Shown here: positions 1 to 9,025 of the stretch, piece by piece
How the letters are laid out: each line of letters begins with the position of its first letter
Position numbering within the stretch: the stretch's first letter is position 1
Source of the DNA: Bacillota bacterium
Lineage (GTDB): Bacteria > Bacillota > Thermosediminibacteria > Thermosediminibacterales > Tepidanaerobacteraceae
Assembly (NCBI GenBank): GCA_023622055.1
Contig: JAMNZY010000040.1
Location: 1 to 47,539, forward strand
Length of the DNA: 47,539 nt
Reading direction: 5' to 3'
Notes under the pieces: model-generated
The model's input: only the letters and a program-made list of their open reading frames with translations
Databases searched by the model: none
Told to the model about the DNA's origin: nothing
Translations under genes and position numbers: made by a program

Positions 1-23
1 AAGTTGTGGCGGAGAATAAGGAG

Positions 24-60
24 AACCACACCTTTATATAGGTGTGGTTTTCCCATTTTT
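24..60 (+). terminator. Hairpin upstream of the G3P dehydrogenase-like gene (terminator of the preceding gene or leader attenuator)
   Basis: AACCACACCT-ttatat-AGGTGTGGTT perfect 10-bp stem followed by TTCCCATTTTT. Confidence 0.5.
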
Positions 61-73
61 GGGGAGGTATAAT

Positions 74-1546
74 ATGGAAGACATAGTAATTATTGGAGCA
101 GGTGTAGTAGGCTGCTCAATAGCTCGCGAACTATCAAAGTATGATTTAAACATCACTGTTGTAGAAAAGGAAGAAGATGTAGCATGTGGAACAAGCAAGG
201 CAAACAGCGCCATAGTCCATGCGGGCTTTGATCCAGCCCCAGGCACTTGGAAAGCTAAATTGAATGTAAAAGGCAATAAACTTTTCCCCGCTTTGTGCGA
301 GGAACTGGATGTACCTTTTGTAATCAATGGCTCTTTGGTGGTAGCAGTAAGTGAAGAAGAAGAAAAAGCCCTAGAGGATTTATTGGAGCGAGGGAGAACT
401 AACGGAGTAGAGAGGCTTCGCATCATTGGAAGGGATGAATTACTTGATTTAGAACCTAATCTTAGTCCCAATGTCCGTGCGGCATTAGATGCTCCAACAG
501 GTGCGTTGGTATGTCCATATGAACTTACCATAGCCCTTGCGGAAAATGCCAATCAAAACGGCGTAAAGTTTTGGCTAAATGCACCAGTAACTGGTATAGA
601 AGTATTAGAAGACAAGAGTATGCTTGTAAAAACACCGAAGGGGACTATTCAGACCAAATATGTAATAAATGCTGCAGGTCTTTTTGCCGATGAGATATCC
701 AAAATGGCTGGAGCAGAAGAATATACAATCACTCCACGTAAAGGCGAATATCTGATTTTTGATAAACAATTTGGAGACTTGGTAAAAAGGGCTATATTCC
801 CTACACCTACTAAGATTTCCAAGGGAATATTAGTATGTCCCACTGTAGATGGCAATGTTTTCATCGGCCCCAACTCTAACAATATAGAAGACAAGAATGA
901 TACAAGTGTCGGCGCTCCGGGAATTGAAGAAATCATAACAGGCGGAAGAAAACTAGTACCTAATTTACCCTTGAAAAATGTAATAACATCTTTTGCCGGC
1001 TTGAGAGCAGTATCGAATACCAATGATTTTATAATTGAGGCTTCTAAATTGGTAAAAGGTTTTATTAACGTAGGAGGTATTCAATCTCCTGGTTTATCAT
1101 CTGCACCAGCTATAGCTCTCATGGTAAAAGATATACTGGAAGAAGAGGGTCTGGCATTAAAGGAAAAACCCAATTTTATACCACACAGACCCAAGAAAGT
1201 AAGATTTAGAGAATTAGATAACCAGCAGCGGAAAAAGCTTATTGAAGAAAATCCCGCGTATGGCCATGTAATTTGCCGCTGTGAAACTATCACTGAAGCT
1301 GAAATTGTTGATGCCATAAGAAGACCTGTGGGTGCACGTAGTATAGACGCTGTAAAGAGAAGAACACGGGCAGGCATGGGGAGATGTCAAGGTGGCTTCT
1401 GTTCACCAAGAGTCCTGGAGATCTTGCAGCGTGAACTTGGTATAGATCCTCTTGAAGTAACTAAAAAAGGACCAGGTTCTAATATACTAGTGGGTTATAT
1501 CAAAGAATTTCTACAAGACGAAGGCGGTGACGAAAATGTTGAATAA
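74..1546 (+). CDS. FAD-dependent glycerol-3-phosphate dehydrogenase-like oxidoreductase (GlpA/LhgO family) with C-terminal BFD-like [2Fe-2S] domain
   Basis: GAGVVG dinucleotide-binding motif, GTSKANSAIVHAG, C-terminal CRCE...GRCQGGFC; RBS GGAGG before ATG 74; followed by the usual two partner genes. Confidence 0.85.
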   Translation: MEDIVIIGAGVVGCSIARELSKYDLNITVVEKEEDVACGTSKANSAIVHAGFDPAPGTWKAKLNVKGNKLFPALCEELDVPFVINGSLVVAVSEEEEKALEDLLERGRTNGVERLRIIGRDELLDLEPNLSPNVRAALDAPTGALVCPYELTIALAENANQNGVKFWLNAPVTGIEVLEDKSMLVKTPKGTIQTKYVINAAGLFADEISKMAGAEEYTITPRKGEYLIFDKQFGDLVKRAIFPTPTKISKGILVCPTVDGNVFIGPNSNNIEDKNDTSVGAPGIEEIITGGRKLVPNLPLKNVITSFAGLRAVSNTNDFIIEASKLVKGFINVGGIQSPGLSSAPAIALMVKDILEEEGLALKEKPNFIPHRPKKVRFRELDNQQRKKLIEENPAYGHVICRCETITEAEIVDAIRRPVGARSIDAVKRRTRAGMGRCQGGFCSPRVLEILQRELGIDPLEVTKKGPGSNILVGYIKEFLQDEGGDENVE

Positions 1547-2753
1547 GGAACTGGTAATAATAGGCGGTGGTCCTGCTGGCCTTGCCGCTGCAATTGAAGC
1601 AAAGAAAAACGGAGTAGAAGACATTTTACTAATCGAACGTGATTCCCGCTTAGGTGGCATCTTACCGCAGTGTATTCACAATGGCTTTGGCCTCCATGTT
1701 TTTAAAGAAGAGCTTACTGGTCCTGAATATGCAGATAGATTTATAAAAGAATTAGAAGATATGAATATTGAAGTGTTACTTGATACAATGGTAATAGAAC
1801 TTACCGAAAGTAAACAAATAACTGCAGTAAGCAGAAAAAGAGGACTTTTGCAAATTCAGGCAGAGGCAATAATACTCGCCATGGGATGCAGAGAGAGAAC
1901 CCGTGGTGCCATCAATATCCCCGGCTTTCGTCCAGCAGGAATATTTACAGCCGGTACCGCCCAAAGATTTGTAAACATTGAGGGATATATGCCCGGTAAA
2001 GAGATAGTCATTCTAGGATCTGGAGATATCGGTTTAATTATGGCACGGCGCTTTACTCTAGAAGGAGCAAAGGTAAAGTGTGTAGCAGAAATCATGCCCT
2101 ACTCCAATGGCCTAACACGAAACATTGTGCAGTGCCTACAGGATTTTGACATTCCACTGCTCCTTAGCCATACGGTAGTATTTATCCACGGCAATGAAAG
2201 GGTGGAAGGAGTAACCATCGCACAAGTTGATGAAAATTTCAAGCCAATTCCTTCTACTGAAAAATATTTTTCTTGCGACACTCTGCTCCTTTCCGTAGGT
2301 CTGATTCCTGAAAATGAGTTATCTAAAATGGCAGATATTGCCCTACATGATGTTACAGCAGGGCCTATTGTAAATCAGAGAATGGAAACATCTGTGCCAG
2401 GGATTTTCGCATGCGGCAATGTAGTCCATGTCCATGACTTAGTGGATTTTGTGACAATGGAAGCAAGACTTGCTGGCCGTGGAGCAGCAGATTACCTGAA
2501 AAATAAGATACCATCTAGTGAACATATTTCTGTATCTGCCGGTCCCGGAATCACTTATGTGGTGCCTCACAAAGTCGATCCAGAAAAGATTTTAGATGAT
2601 AAGCAAAACTTCTTCATGCGCAGCACAAAGCCCATGGAAAAAGCAAGACTCTTTATCGAATCAGACAAGGATTTGATTCGCACAAGAGTGCTTCAGCATG
2701 TAAAACCCAGTGAAATGATTAATATTGAGCTCAAAAAAGAAGAGAAGGTGTAG
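1536..2753 (+). CDS. NAD(P)/FAD-dependent oxidoreductase, partner subunit of the G3P dehydrogenase module
   Basis: GGGPAGLAAA, GGILPQCIHNGFG, GSGDIGLIMARR, GIFACGN motifs; overlaps upstream stop. Confidence 0.85.
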   Translation: MLNKELVIIGGGPAGLAAAIEAKKNGVEDILLIERDSRLGGILPQCIHNGFGLHVFKEELTGPEYADRFIKELEDMNIEVLLDTMVIELTESKQITAVSRKRGLLQIQAEAIILAMGCRERTRGAINIPGFRPAGIFTAGTAQRFVNIEGYMPGKEIVILGSGDIGLIMARRFTLEGAKVKCVAEIMPYSNGLTRNIVQCLQDFDIPLLLSHTVVFIHGNERVEGVTIAQVDENFKPIPSTEKYFSCDTLLLSVGLIPENELSKMADIALHDVTAGPIVNQRMETSVPGIFACGNVVHVHDLVDFVTMEARLAGRGAADYLKNKIPSSEHISVSAGPGITYVVPHKVDPEKILDDKQNFFMRSTKPMEKARLFIESDKDLIRTRVLQHVKPSEMINIELKKEEKV

Positions 2754-2756
2754 CTG

Positions 2757-3110
2757 ATGGAAATTAAGAAAGTAACATGTATTGTATGCCCAAAAGGATG
2801 TCTAATCGATGTAAAGCTTGAAGATGGCAAGATAATAAGCATTGAAAATTATCAATGCAAACGGGGTATCGACTACGCCCAAAATGAGGTTTTAGACCCA
2901 AGGAGAATACTCACTACCACCGTAAAACTTTCCACTGGTGGGGTTCTGCCAGTGAGAACTAGAGAGGCCATTCCCAAAAAATATTTAAAAAAAGCCATGC
3001 TTGAATCAAAAGATATAGTGGTAAAGCCTCCTATAAAGGTGGGAGATGTAGTAGTGAAAGATATTGCAGGGACAGGCATTGATTTAATAGCAACTGGAAA
3101 TGCCAAATAG
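2757..3110 (+). CDS. DUF1667-type small Cys-rich metal-binding protein, third subunit of the module
   Basis: CIVCPKGC...QCKRG and PRRILTTTV; conserved position after the two oxidoreductases. Confidence 0.8.
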   Translation: MEIKKVTCIVCPKGCLIDVKLEDGKIISIENYQCKRGIDYAQNEVLDPRRILTTTVKLSTGGVLPVRTREAIPKKYLKKAMLESKDIVVKPPIKVGDVVVKDIAGTGIDLIATGNAK

Positions 3111-3128
3111 AAAGGTAGTAGTGAAAGG

Positions 3129-4811
3129 GTGAAATCCTTGCTTCAAAAGGATGCCATCTTTACCCTTCCAAAAGGAATGCACATTAGAGCTGCGGCAATG
3201 GTGGTAAATAAAGCTTATGAAATAAAGAAGATGATGGGTACCAGTATTTATATACGCAACCAATCAGGTAGAGAAGTTCCTGCCACAGCTCTTATGGCCA
3301 TTCACTCCCTAAACATCAAGCCAGGAGAACCTATTACTGTAGTAGCAAAAGGGCCAAATGTAGATGAGGCAATAGACAGCTTTGAGGAACTTTTCAAGCG
3401 TGATCTATTGCCTCAAAGCCCTGTAGAATTAGAACAGGTTGATGATATTTTAGAGGAGAACACCATTAAAGCAGATAAGATTTTTGACAGCATAGGCCTC
3501 GGTATAATTATTACTAACAAAGCAGGCTCTGTCATATTGTGTAATCGAATTGTTGAAGAACTAATAGGTATAAAAAAACACTATATTTTAGGCAGCAACA
3601 TAAACGATATAATTCCCGACATAGATTTAACTGCGGCATCTTTGGAAATAGGGGTGTTTGAACTTAAAAGAAATACCGGGCAAAAGCTGGGGTCTACGGA
3701 CATAAAACCTATATTTGTGGAAGGCGAAATAGTTGGTTATTCTATAATATTTAACAAAAATGTTTCTGACGCTGAATCCTTTTCGCCAAATTATACTTTG
3801 CACATATCTCCAAAAACAGATTTACTATTTAAACAAGAAAGCGACTTTGAATTTGATGAAGCCTTCAGTAATATTATAGGTCGCAGTGAAAAGTTTATGG
3901 AGGCTCTAGATGTAGCATACAAAGCCTCTAAAACTTCTTCCACAGTTCTCCTGCAGGGAGAGAGCGGCACAGGAAAAGGTCTTGTAGCCGAAGCCATACA
4001 CCGTGCTAGCAGCCGCCGCAAGGGTCCATTTATAAAGGTTAACTGTCCCGGCATACCCACCAATTTAATGGAAAGTGAGCTCTTTGGTCACGAAAGGGGA
4101 GCTTTTACCGGAGCAATTTCCCAGAAAATCGGCAAATTTGAACTGGCAAATGGTGGCACTATTTTTCTAGATGAAATAGGGGAACTGGATAAAAATTTAC
4201 AGTCAAAATTGCTTAGAGTGCTACAGGAACGAGAATTTGAGAGAGTTGGTGGTAACCAAGTAATAAAAACTGATGTAAGAATAATAGCAGCAACCCATCG
4301 GAATCTGAAGGAAATGGTAGAAAAAGACCTGTTCCGAGAAGACCTTTATTATCGTCTCAATGTTGTACCAATAACTCTGCCCAGTTTAAGAGAAAGAAAA
4401 GATGACATCCCCCTCCTTGTAGAATATTTCTTAGAGAAGCTCTGCAAAAAATTAGGTAAAAAGCAAAAAACCATGACAAAAAGAGCTATCGGATACCTGT
4501 ACAATTACGACTGGCCGGGAAATGTTCGAGAACTTGAGAACATAATAGAGCGAGTCATTAATCTGGCCGATGGCGATGTAATTGATGTTTGGGATTTACC
4601 TTCCCATATAACAGGAAAGGTTATGGAAAAGAAACATCCCCTAATTAATTTAAACTCTGATGGGGAATTGGCCGCCTACGAAGAGTATGATAAAGCTATT
4701 ATAAAAATGGCTTTGAAAAAGTATAAAAGTTTTAATGCTGCCGGTAAAGCTTTGGGCATAACCCACAAAACCGTAGCAGCTAAAGCCAGGAGGTATGGTC
4801 TTATAAAGTAA
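3129..4811 (+). CDS. Sigma54-dependent transcriptional activator with N-terminal HPr-like domain, PAS domain, AAA+ domain and TyrR-type HTH
   Basis: N-terminal GMHIRAA (HPr GLHARPA-like); Walker A GESGTGKG; intact GAFTGA; Walker B IFLDEI; FREDLYYRLNV; WPGNVRELEN; C-terminal HTH AAGKALGITHKTV. Confidence 0.9.
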   Translation: MKSLLQKDAIFTLPKGMHIRAAAMVVNKAYEIKKMMGTSIYIRNQSGREVPATALMAIHSLNIKPGEPITVVAKGPNVDEAIDSFEELFKRDLLPQSPVELEQVDDILEENTIKADKIFDSIGLGIIITNKAGSVILCNRIVEELIGIKKHYILGSNINDIIPDIDLTAASLEIGVFELKRNTGQKLGSTDIKPIFVEGEIVGYSIIFNKNVSDAESFSPNYTLHISPKTDLLFKQESDFEFDEAFSNIIGRSEKFMEALDVAYKASKTSSTVLLQGESGTGKGLVAEAIHRASSRRKGPFIKVNCPGIPTNLMESELFGHERGAFTGAISQKIGKFELANGGTIFLDEIGELDKNLQSKLLRVLQEREFERVGGNQVIKTDVRIIAATHRNLKEMVEKDLFREDLYYRLNVVPITLPSLRERKDDIPLLVEYFLEKLCKKLGKKQKTMTKRAIGYLYNYDWPGNVRELENIIERVINLADGDVIDVWDLPSHITGKVMEKKHPLINLNSDGELAAYEEYDKAIIKMALKKYKSFNAAGKALGITHKTVAAKARRYGLIK

Positions 4812-4834
4812 TTTTCTACAAAGGGGCTTAAGGA

Positions 4835-6577
4835 ATGGCTAATTTAAAAGTACTACATGACAATAAAATGTCATCTGTTGCAAGTCAAAGTGAAATACTT
4901 CGCTTAAGCGAAGAGTTAGGTTATGCTGCCCATGAAATAAAATGGGTAGTTGCTCAAAATTCTGACACCATAAGAAATTTAGTCAATGTTGTAGAAAATA
5001 TATCCTCTCATTCACAAGAAATCAGTGCAAATTCGGCCAGTGGATCAGAAGAGCTCAATGAACTATCTCATTTAGCATCAGATTTAAAAGAAACTGTATC
5101 TTCTGTAGCAAATATATCAAGGGATTATTTACACAAAGTAAAAGAAGGAAGCTTAGCTATCAGTGAGGTATTAGAGGCTCTGGAACAAGTTACTGTTGAA
5201 ATGGACAAATCCTCCAAGGAAGTTCAAATCATATTGGAGCTTACGGAAAAGGTAAAGGACTTTGTGGATTTTATAAAACATATTGCACAGCAGACAAATC
5301 TTCTTGCTTTAAATGCTGCCATAGAAGCTGCCAGAGCAGGTGAAGCAGGCAGAGGGTTTAGTGTTGTAGCAACTGAGATTAGGAAACTTGCTGAGCGAAG
5401 TAAAAACAAAGCTCATGAAATACATGAAACGGCAGAACGTATAGACGAAGGCATAAATAAAGCCTGCAAAATTTCAAGTGACAGTGCCCTTAGCTTAAAA
5501 AACTTAAAAACAAAAATGCAATTGGGCAAAGACGTAATGGACGGCGCTGTTGCCGTATTTGAAGACATATCTAATCTGAACAGCAAACTCCTGGATTCTT
5601 CGGAAGAACAAGCAAAGACCACTCAGTATTTGGCCGATATCTTCACATCCCTTTCGGAAAAGACCGCATCAACTGCCGATTCAACGGTGAAAGTGGCATA
5701 TTTGATTAAAGATCAAGAAAGCCACAATGAACAGCTACTTGAAATCGCCGACAATTTAGTTGATAAAGTATATTCCCTTCAAAAACAATCCACCGTTTTA
5801 AAGGACAAAAATGAAATAATTTTTGGCATAAATCCCGCTCTCAGTCCTGAAATCATAAAGTCATTATATCTTCCTGTTATTAATAAAGTTTGTACAAAAG
5901 TCGGCCTTATTCCTAGAGTTTTGGTGGCAACAGATTATGATGCCCTTTCCAATAGTTTAATAGACGGCATAGTTGATGTGGGCTGGTTTTCACCCTTTGC
6001 CTATGTAAATGCAAAAGACAAAGCTCCAATTAATCCCTTAGCTACACCCATTGTCAATGGTGCTCCCAGTTACTTGGGATTTATTATCACCTATAGAGAC
6101 TCAGGAATAACGGATTTAAAAGATGTTAAAGGAGAGCGCGTAGCCTTTGTAGATCCCAAATCCGCTTCAGGATATGCATATCCCAGATTACTTTTGAAAA
6201 AGGCAGGCATAGATCCTGAAAGAGACTTAAAAGAACAAGTCTTTCTTGGTACGCACAGCAATGTAGTTGAAGCAGTAATATCGGGTTCTGTAAAAGTAGG
6301 GGCTACATACTCTGAGGCTATTGATGATGCAAAAGTTAGAGGTCTTGATACAGAAAAACTTGTATATCTTGCCCAAACAGAACCAATACCTAAAGATTGC
6401 ATTGCAACACGGCCAGACATTGATAAAGAAATCCATGAAAAACTAAAGAAAGCCTTTTTAGAATACAAGAACGGAGAAATATTTAGAAAACGACACAGTT
6501 CAGTAATAGATGGTTTCATTGAAGCCAAAGATGAGAATTATGACATAATTCGAGAAGTCGCAAAAGATGCAATTTGA
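4835..6577 (+). CDS. Soluble methyl-accepting chemotaxis protein fused to a C-terminal PhnD-like phosphate/phosphonate-binding domain
   Basis: MCP hairpin tip [40 protein letters not shown]; C-terminal ATDYDAL...[11 protein letters not shown]...[14 protein letters not shown]...GTHSNV; no signal peptide or TM helix. Confidence 0.85.
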   Translation: MANLKVLHDNKMSSVASQSEILRLSEELGYAAHEIKWVVAQNSDTIRNLVNVVENISSHSQEISANSASGSEELNELSHLASDLKETVSSVANISRDYLHKVKEGSLAISEVLEALEQVTVEMDKSSKEVQIILELTEKVKDFVDFIKHIAQQTNLLALNAAIEAARAGEAGRGFSVVATEIRKLAERSKNKAHEIHETAERIDEGINKACKISSDSALSLKNLKTKMQLGKDVMDGAVAVFEDISNLNSKLLDSSEEQAKTTQYLADIFTSLSEKTASTADSTVKVAYLIKDQESHNEQLLEIADNLVDKVYSLQKQSTVLKDKNEIIFGINPALSPEIIKSLYLPVINKVCTKVGLIPRVLVATDYDALSNSLIDGIVDVGWFSPFAYVNAKDKAPINPLATPIVNGAPSYLGFIITYRDSGITDLKDVKGERVAFVDPKSASGYAYPRLLLKKAGIDPERDLKEQVFLGTHSNVVEAVISGSVKVGATYSEAIDDAKVRGLDTEKLVYLAQTEPIPKDCIATRPDIDKEIHEKLKKAFLEYKNGEIFRKRHSSVIDGFIEAKDENYDIIREVAKDAI

Positions 6578-6640
6578 TAAAAATTACCAACATTTTTTGT
6601 CGGATATTGTAAACAACCTTGTCTTTATTAGCATTCAGAC

Positions 6641-6657
6641 TTGGTACGGTTTATGCT
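6641..6657 (+). promoter_or_regulatory. Sigma54 (-24/-12) promoter of dhaKLM
   Basis: TTGGTACGGTTTATGCT: GG(6643-44)-N10-GC(6655-56), close to TGGCAC-N5-TTGC; sigma54 activator two genes upstream. Confidence 0.8.
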
Positions 6658-6699
6658 ATATATGTTATGTAAAGTAAAATAATTTTTAGGAGGGGTTCA

Positions 6700-7698
6700 A
6701 TGAAAAAAATCATTAACAACCCGGAAAATGTAGTTCAGGAAATGCTGGAAGGTATGGCAGCAGCCTATCCACAGTATGTGCGGAAGCTGGATGGTTTTGA
6801 TGTTATGGTAAGGGCTGATGCCCCAGTGAAAGGCAAGGTGGCACTGGTATCCGGCGGTGGCAGCGGTCACGAACCCTCCCATGCTGGATTTGTGGGAAAG
6901 GGAATGCTGGATGCTGGAGTGGCAGGTGCTGTCTTTACCTCACCAACGCCAGATCAGGTTTTTGAAGCCATTAAAGCTGTTGACGGCGGTGCCGGTGTTC
7001 TCTTGATAATTAAGAATTATACCGGCGATGTTATGAATTTTGAAATGGCAGGAGAAATGGCGGAAGCGGAAGGAATAAAGGTTGCCAGTGTAGTAGTAAA
7101 TGATGACGTGGCAGTGGAAGACAGCCTTTACACAACAGGCAGGCGCGGTATTGCAGGAACGGTTTTTGTCCATAAAATTGCTGGAGCTAAGGCTGAAGCC
7201 GGTGGAACTTTAGAAGAAGTAAAAGCTGTAGCGGAGAAAGTCATAGCAAATACAAGAAGTATGGGAATGGCTTTGACACCCTGTATAGTCCCAGCAGCAG
7301 GAAAGCCAACCTTTACACTGGCAGAAGATGAGATGGAAATCGGAATGGGTATACACGGAGAGCCCGGTACAAAGCGTACCCATATCATGCCAGCCGATGA
7401 ACTGGTAGACCACTTAATGGAAAAGATAGTAGAAGATCTTCCATATAAATCTGGAGATGAAGTGGCAGTAATGATTAACGGCCTTGGTGCTACACCTTTA
7501 ATGGAGCAGTTTATAATGAATCGCCGGGTAAGCCAGATCTTGAAAGAGAAAGGTATTGCCGTATACAGGACTTTTGTTGGAGAATTTATGACTTCCATTG
7601 AAATGGCTGGAGCTTCAATCACATTATTAAAGCTAGATGATGAATTAAAAGAGCTTTTAGACGCACAGGCTGATACACCTGCCTTCAGACAGTTATGA
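6700..7698 (+). CDS. dhaK: PEP-dependent dihydroxyacetone kinase, substrate-binding subunit
   Basis: MKKIIN, SGGGSGHEPSHAGFVG, KNYTGD, GRRGIAG, GIHGEPG; RBS AGGAGG. Confidence 0.95.
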   Translation: MKKIINNPENVVQEMLEGMAAAYPQYVRKLDGFDVMVRADAPVKGKVALVSGGGSGHEPSHAGFVGKGMLDAGVAGAVFTSPTPDQVFEAIKAVDGGAGVLLIIKNYTGDVMNFEMAGEMAEAEGIKVASVVVNDDVAVEDSLYTTGRRGIAGTVFVHKIAGAKAEAGGTLEEVKAVAEKVIANTRSMGMALTPCIVPAAGKPTFTLAEDEMEIGMGIHGEPGTKRTHIMPADELVDHLMEKIVEDLPYKSGDEVAVMINGLGATPLMEQFIMNRRVSQILKEKGIAVYRTFVGEFMTSIEMAGASITLLKLDDELKELLDAQADTPAFRQL

Positions 7699-7723
7699 TA
7701 TATTTTTGAAAGGGGACTTTAAT

Positions 7724-8356
7724 GTGGCTGTAAACAGCGCAAAACTCATTGAAATAATAAATCTAATTGCAGATGATATTAATGCAAACAAAGAGTTTTT
7801 AACAGAACTTGACTCAGCCATCGGCGATGCCGACCATGGTATAAACATGTCAAAGGGTTTTAAAGCGGTTACGGAAAAAATATCTGCTATGGCGGACAAA
7901 GACTGCGGCAGTATTTTAAAGACAACAGGTATGACACTGGTTTCAACAGTAGGCGGTGCTTCAGGGCCTTTGTACGGCACTGCTTTTATGAGAGCAGGCC
8001 AAGTAGTGGGGAATAAAACAGAGCTTAATTATGATGATTTATTGGTAATATTAGAGGCAGCTTTAGCAGGTATAAAAATGCGGGGAAAAGCTGAAAAGGG
8101 TGAAAAAACAATAGTAGATGCCTTAGAGCCGGCAGTAGAGGTATTAAGATCCTCTTCATCCGTGGATGCGAAACTTTTTGAAAAAGCTGTAGAAGCAGCA
8201 AAAGACGGAGTTGAATATACAAAAGGCATAATCGCTAAAAAGGGCAGAGCCAGTTACTTAGGAGAAAGAAGCATTGGTCACCAAGACCCTGGAGCCACTT
8301 CCACTTATATTATATTAGCGGCAATACATAAAGCACTAAATGAAAAGAGCAGTTAA
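7724..8356 (+). CDS. dhaL: Dihydroxyacetone kinase ADP-binding subunit
   Basis: LTELDSAIGDADHG, GGASGPLYG, GEKTIVDA, GRASYLGERSIGHQDPGA; GTG start after AGGGGA. Confidence 0.95.
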   Translation: MAVNSAKLIEIINLIADDINANKEFLTELDSAIGDADHGINMSKGFKAVTEKISAMADKDCGSILKTTGMTLVSTVGGASGPLYGTAFMRAGQVVGNKTELNYDDLLVILEAALAGIKMRGKAEKGEKTIVDALEPAVEVLRSSSSVDAKLFEKAVEAAKDGVEYTKGIIAKKGRASYLGERSIGHQDPGATSTYIILAAIHKALNEKSS

Positions 8357-8382
8357 TCGCTGCACCGGAATGAGGTGATGGA

Positions 8383-8778
8383 TTGGTCGGTATAGTATTG
8401 GTATCCCACAGCAAAATGATGGCCGAAGGGGCAAAAGAAATAATTACTCAAATGATAGGAGATAAAGTAAAAATTGAAGCAGCCGCTGGCACATCTGACA
8501 ATAGACTAGGCACCGATGCTTTCTTAATAGAGCAAAAAGTCTTAGAAGTATTTGACGGGGATGGGGTGCTTATTATCCCGGACCTGGGTAGCGCAGTAAT
8601 GAGTGCTGAAATGGCTATAGAAAATCTTGAAGAGCCTGCTAGGTCTAAGACATATCTGGTGGATTCACCCTTTTTTGAAGGTGCTATTGCTGCGGCTATG
8701 GAGGCAAGTTTCGGAAAAAGCTTGGAAGAAGTAAAAAAAGCAGCTGAAAATACAAGGGGTATGAACAAAATAGCATAG
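8383..8778 (+). CDS. dhaM: Dihydroxyacetone kinase phosphotransfer subunit (single EIIA-Man-type domain)
   Basis: GIVLVSHS phospho-His motif, AAGT...LGTD, DLGSAVM, PFFEGAIAAA; TTG start after GAGGTG. Confidence 0.9.
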   Translation: MVGIVLVSHSKMMAEGAKEIITQMIGDKVKIEAAAGTSDNRLGTDAFLIEQKVLEVFDGDGVLIIPDLGSAVMSAEMAIENLEEPARSKTYLVDSPFFEGAIAAAMEASFGKSLEEVKKAAENTRGMNKIA

Positions 8779-8789
8779 AGTAAATTTTG

Positions 8790-8822
8790 AAGATGCCAAT
8801 ACCAATTTTGGCGTCTTTTTTT
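8790..8822 (+). terminator. Rho-independent terminator after dhaM
   Basis: AAGATGCCAA...TTGGCGTCTT stem followed by T-run. Confidence 0.75.
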
Positions 8823-8939
8823 GTCCTTATTATGAATCTATTTTCCATCATCATGAAAATGGCTACCTTTGTCAGCAAACATTTTTGTTTTTGTAATATT
8901 TGCCAAAAGACTCGCATATTATTTTATGGACAGAGCCTA

Positions 8940-8976
8940 AGATTCATAGATTAATTTGCACATGATCTATGAATCT
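8940..8976. repeat. Perfect 12-bp inverted repeat (13-bp spacer) upstream of the second dhaK
   Basis: AGATTCATAGAT-taatttgcacatg-ATCTATGAATCT, no T-run. Confidence 0.7.
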
Positions 8977-9025
8977 ATCAACTACGATTATTAATTATTA
9001 ATAATAAAAAATAGGAGGGTTATTT

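Noticed and set aside
1-22. Possible 3' end of an upstream gene such as glpK
   Set aside because: Too short to identify in any frame
24-60. Hairpin as a GlpP-dependent antiterminator target
   Set aside because: No glpP in the window and upstream context is missing; kept only as a generic hairpin
8808-8880. Sigma54-like TGGC motifs upstream of dhaK2
   Set aside because: GG-to-GC spacing is not 10 bp, and one lies inside the dhaM terminator
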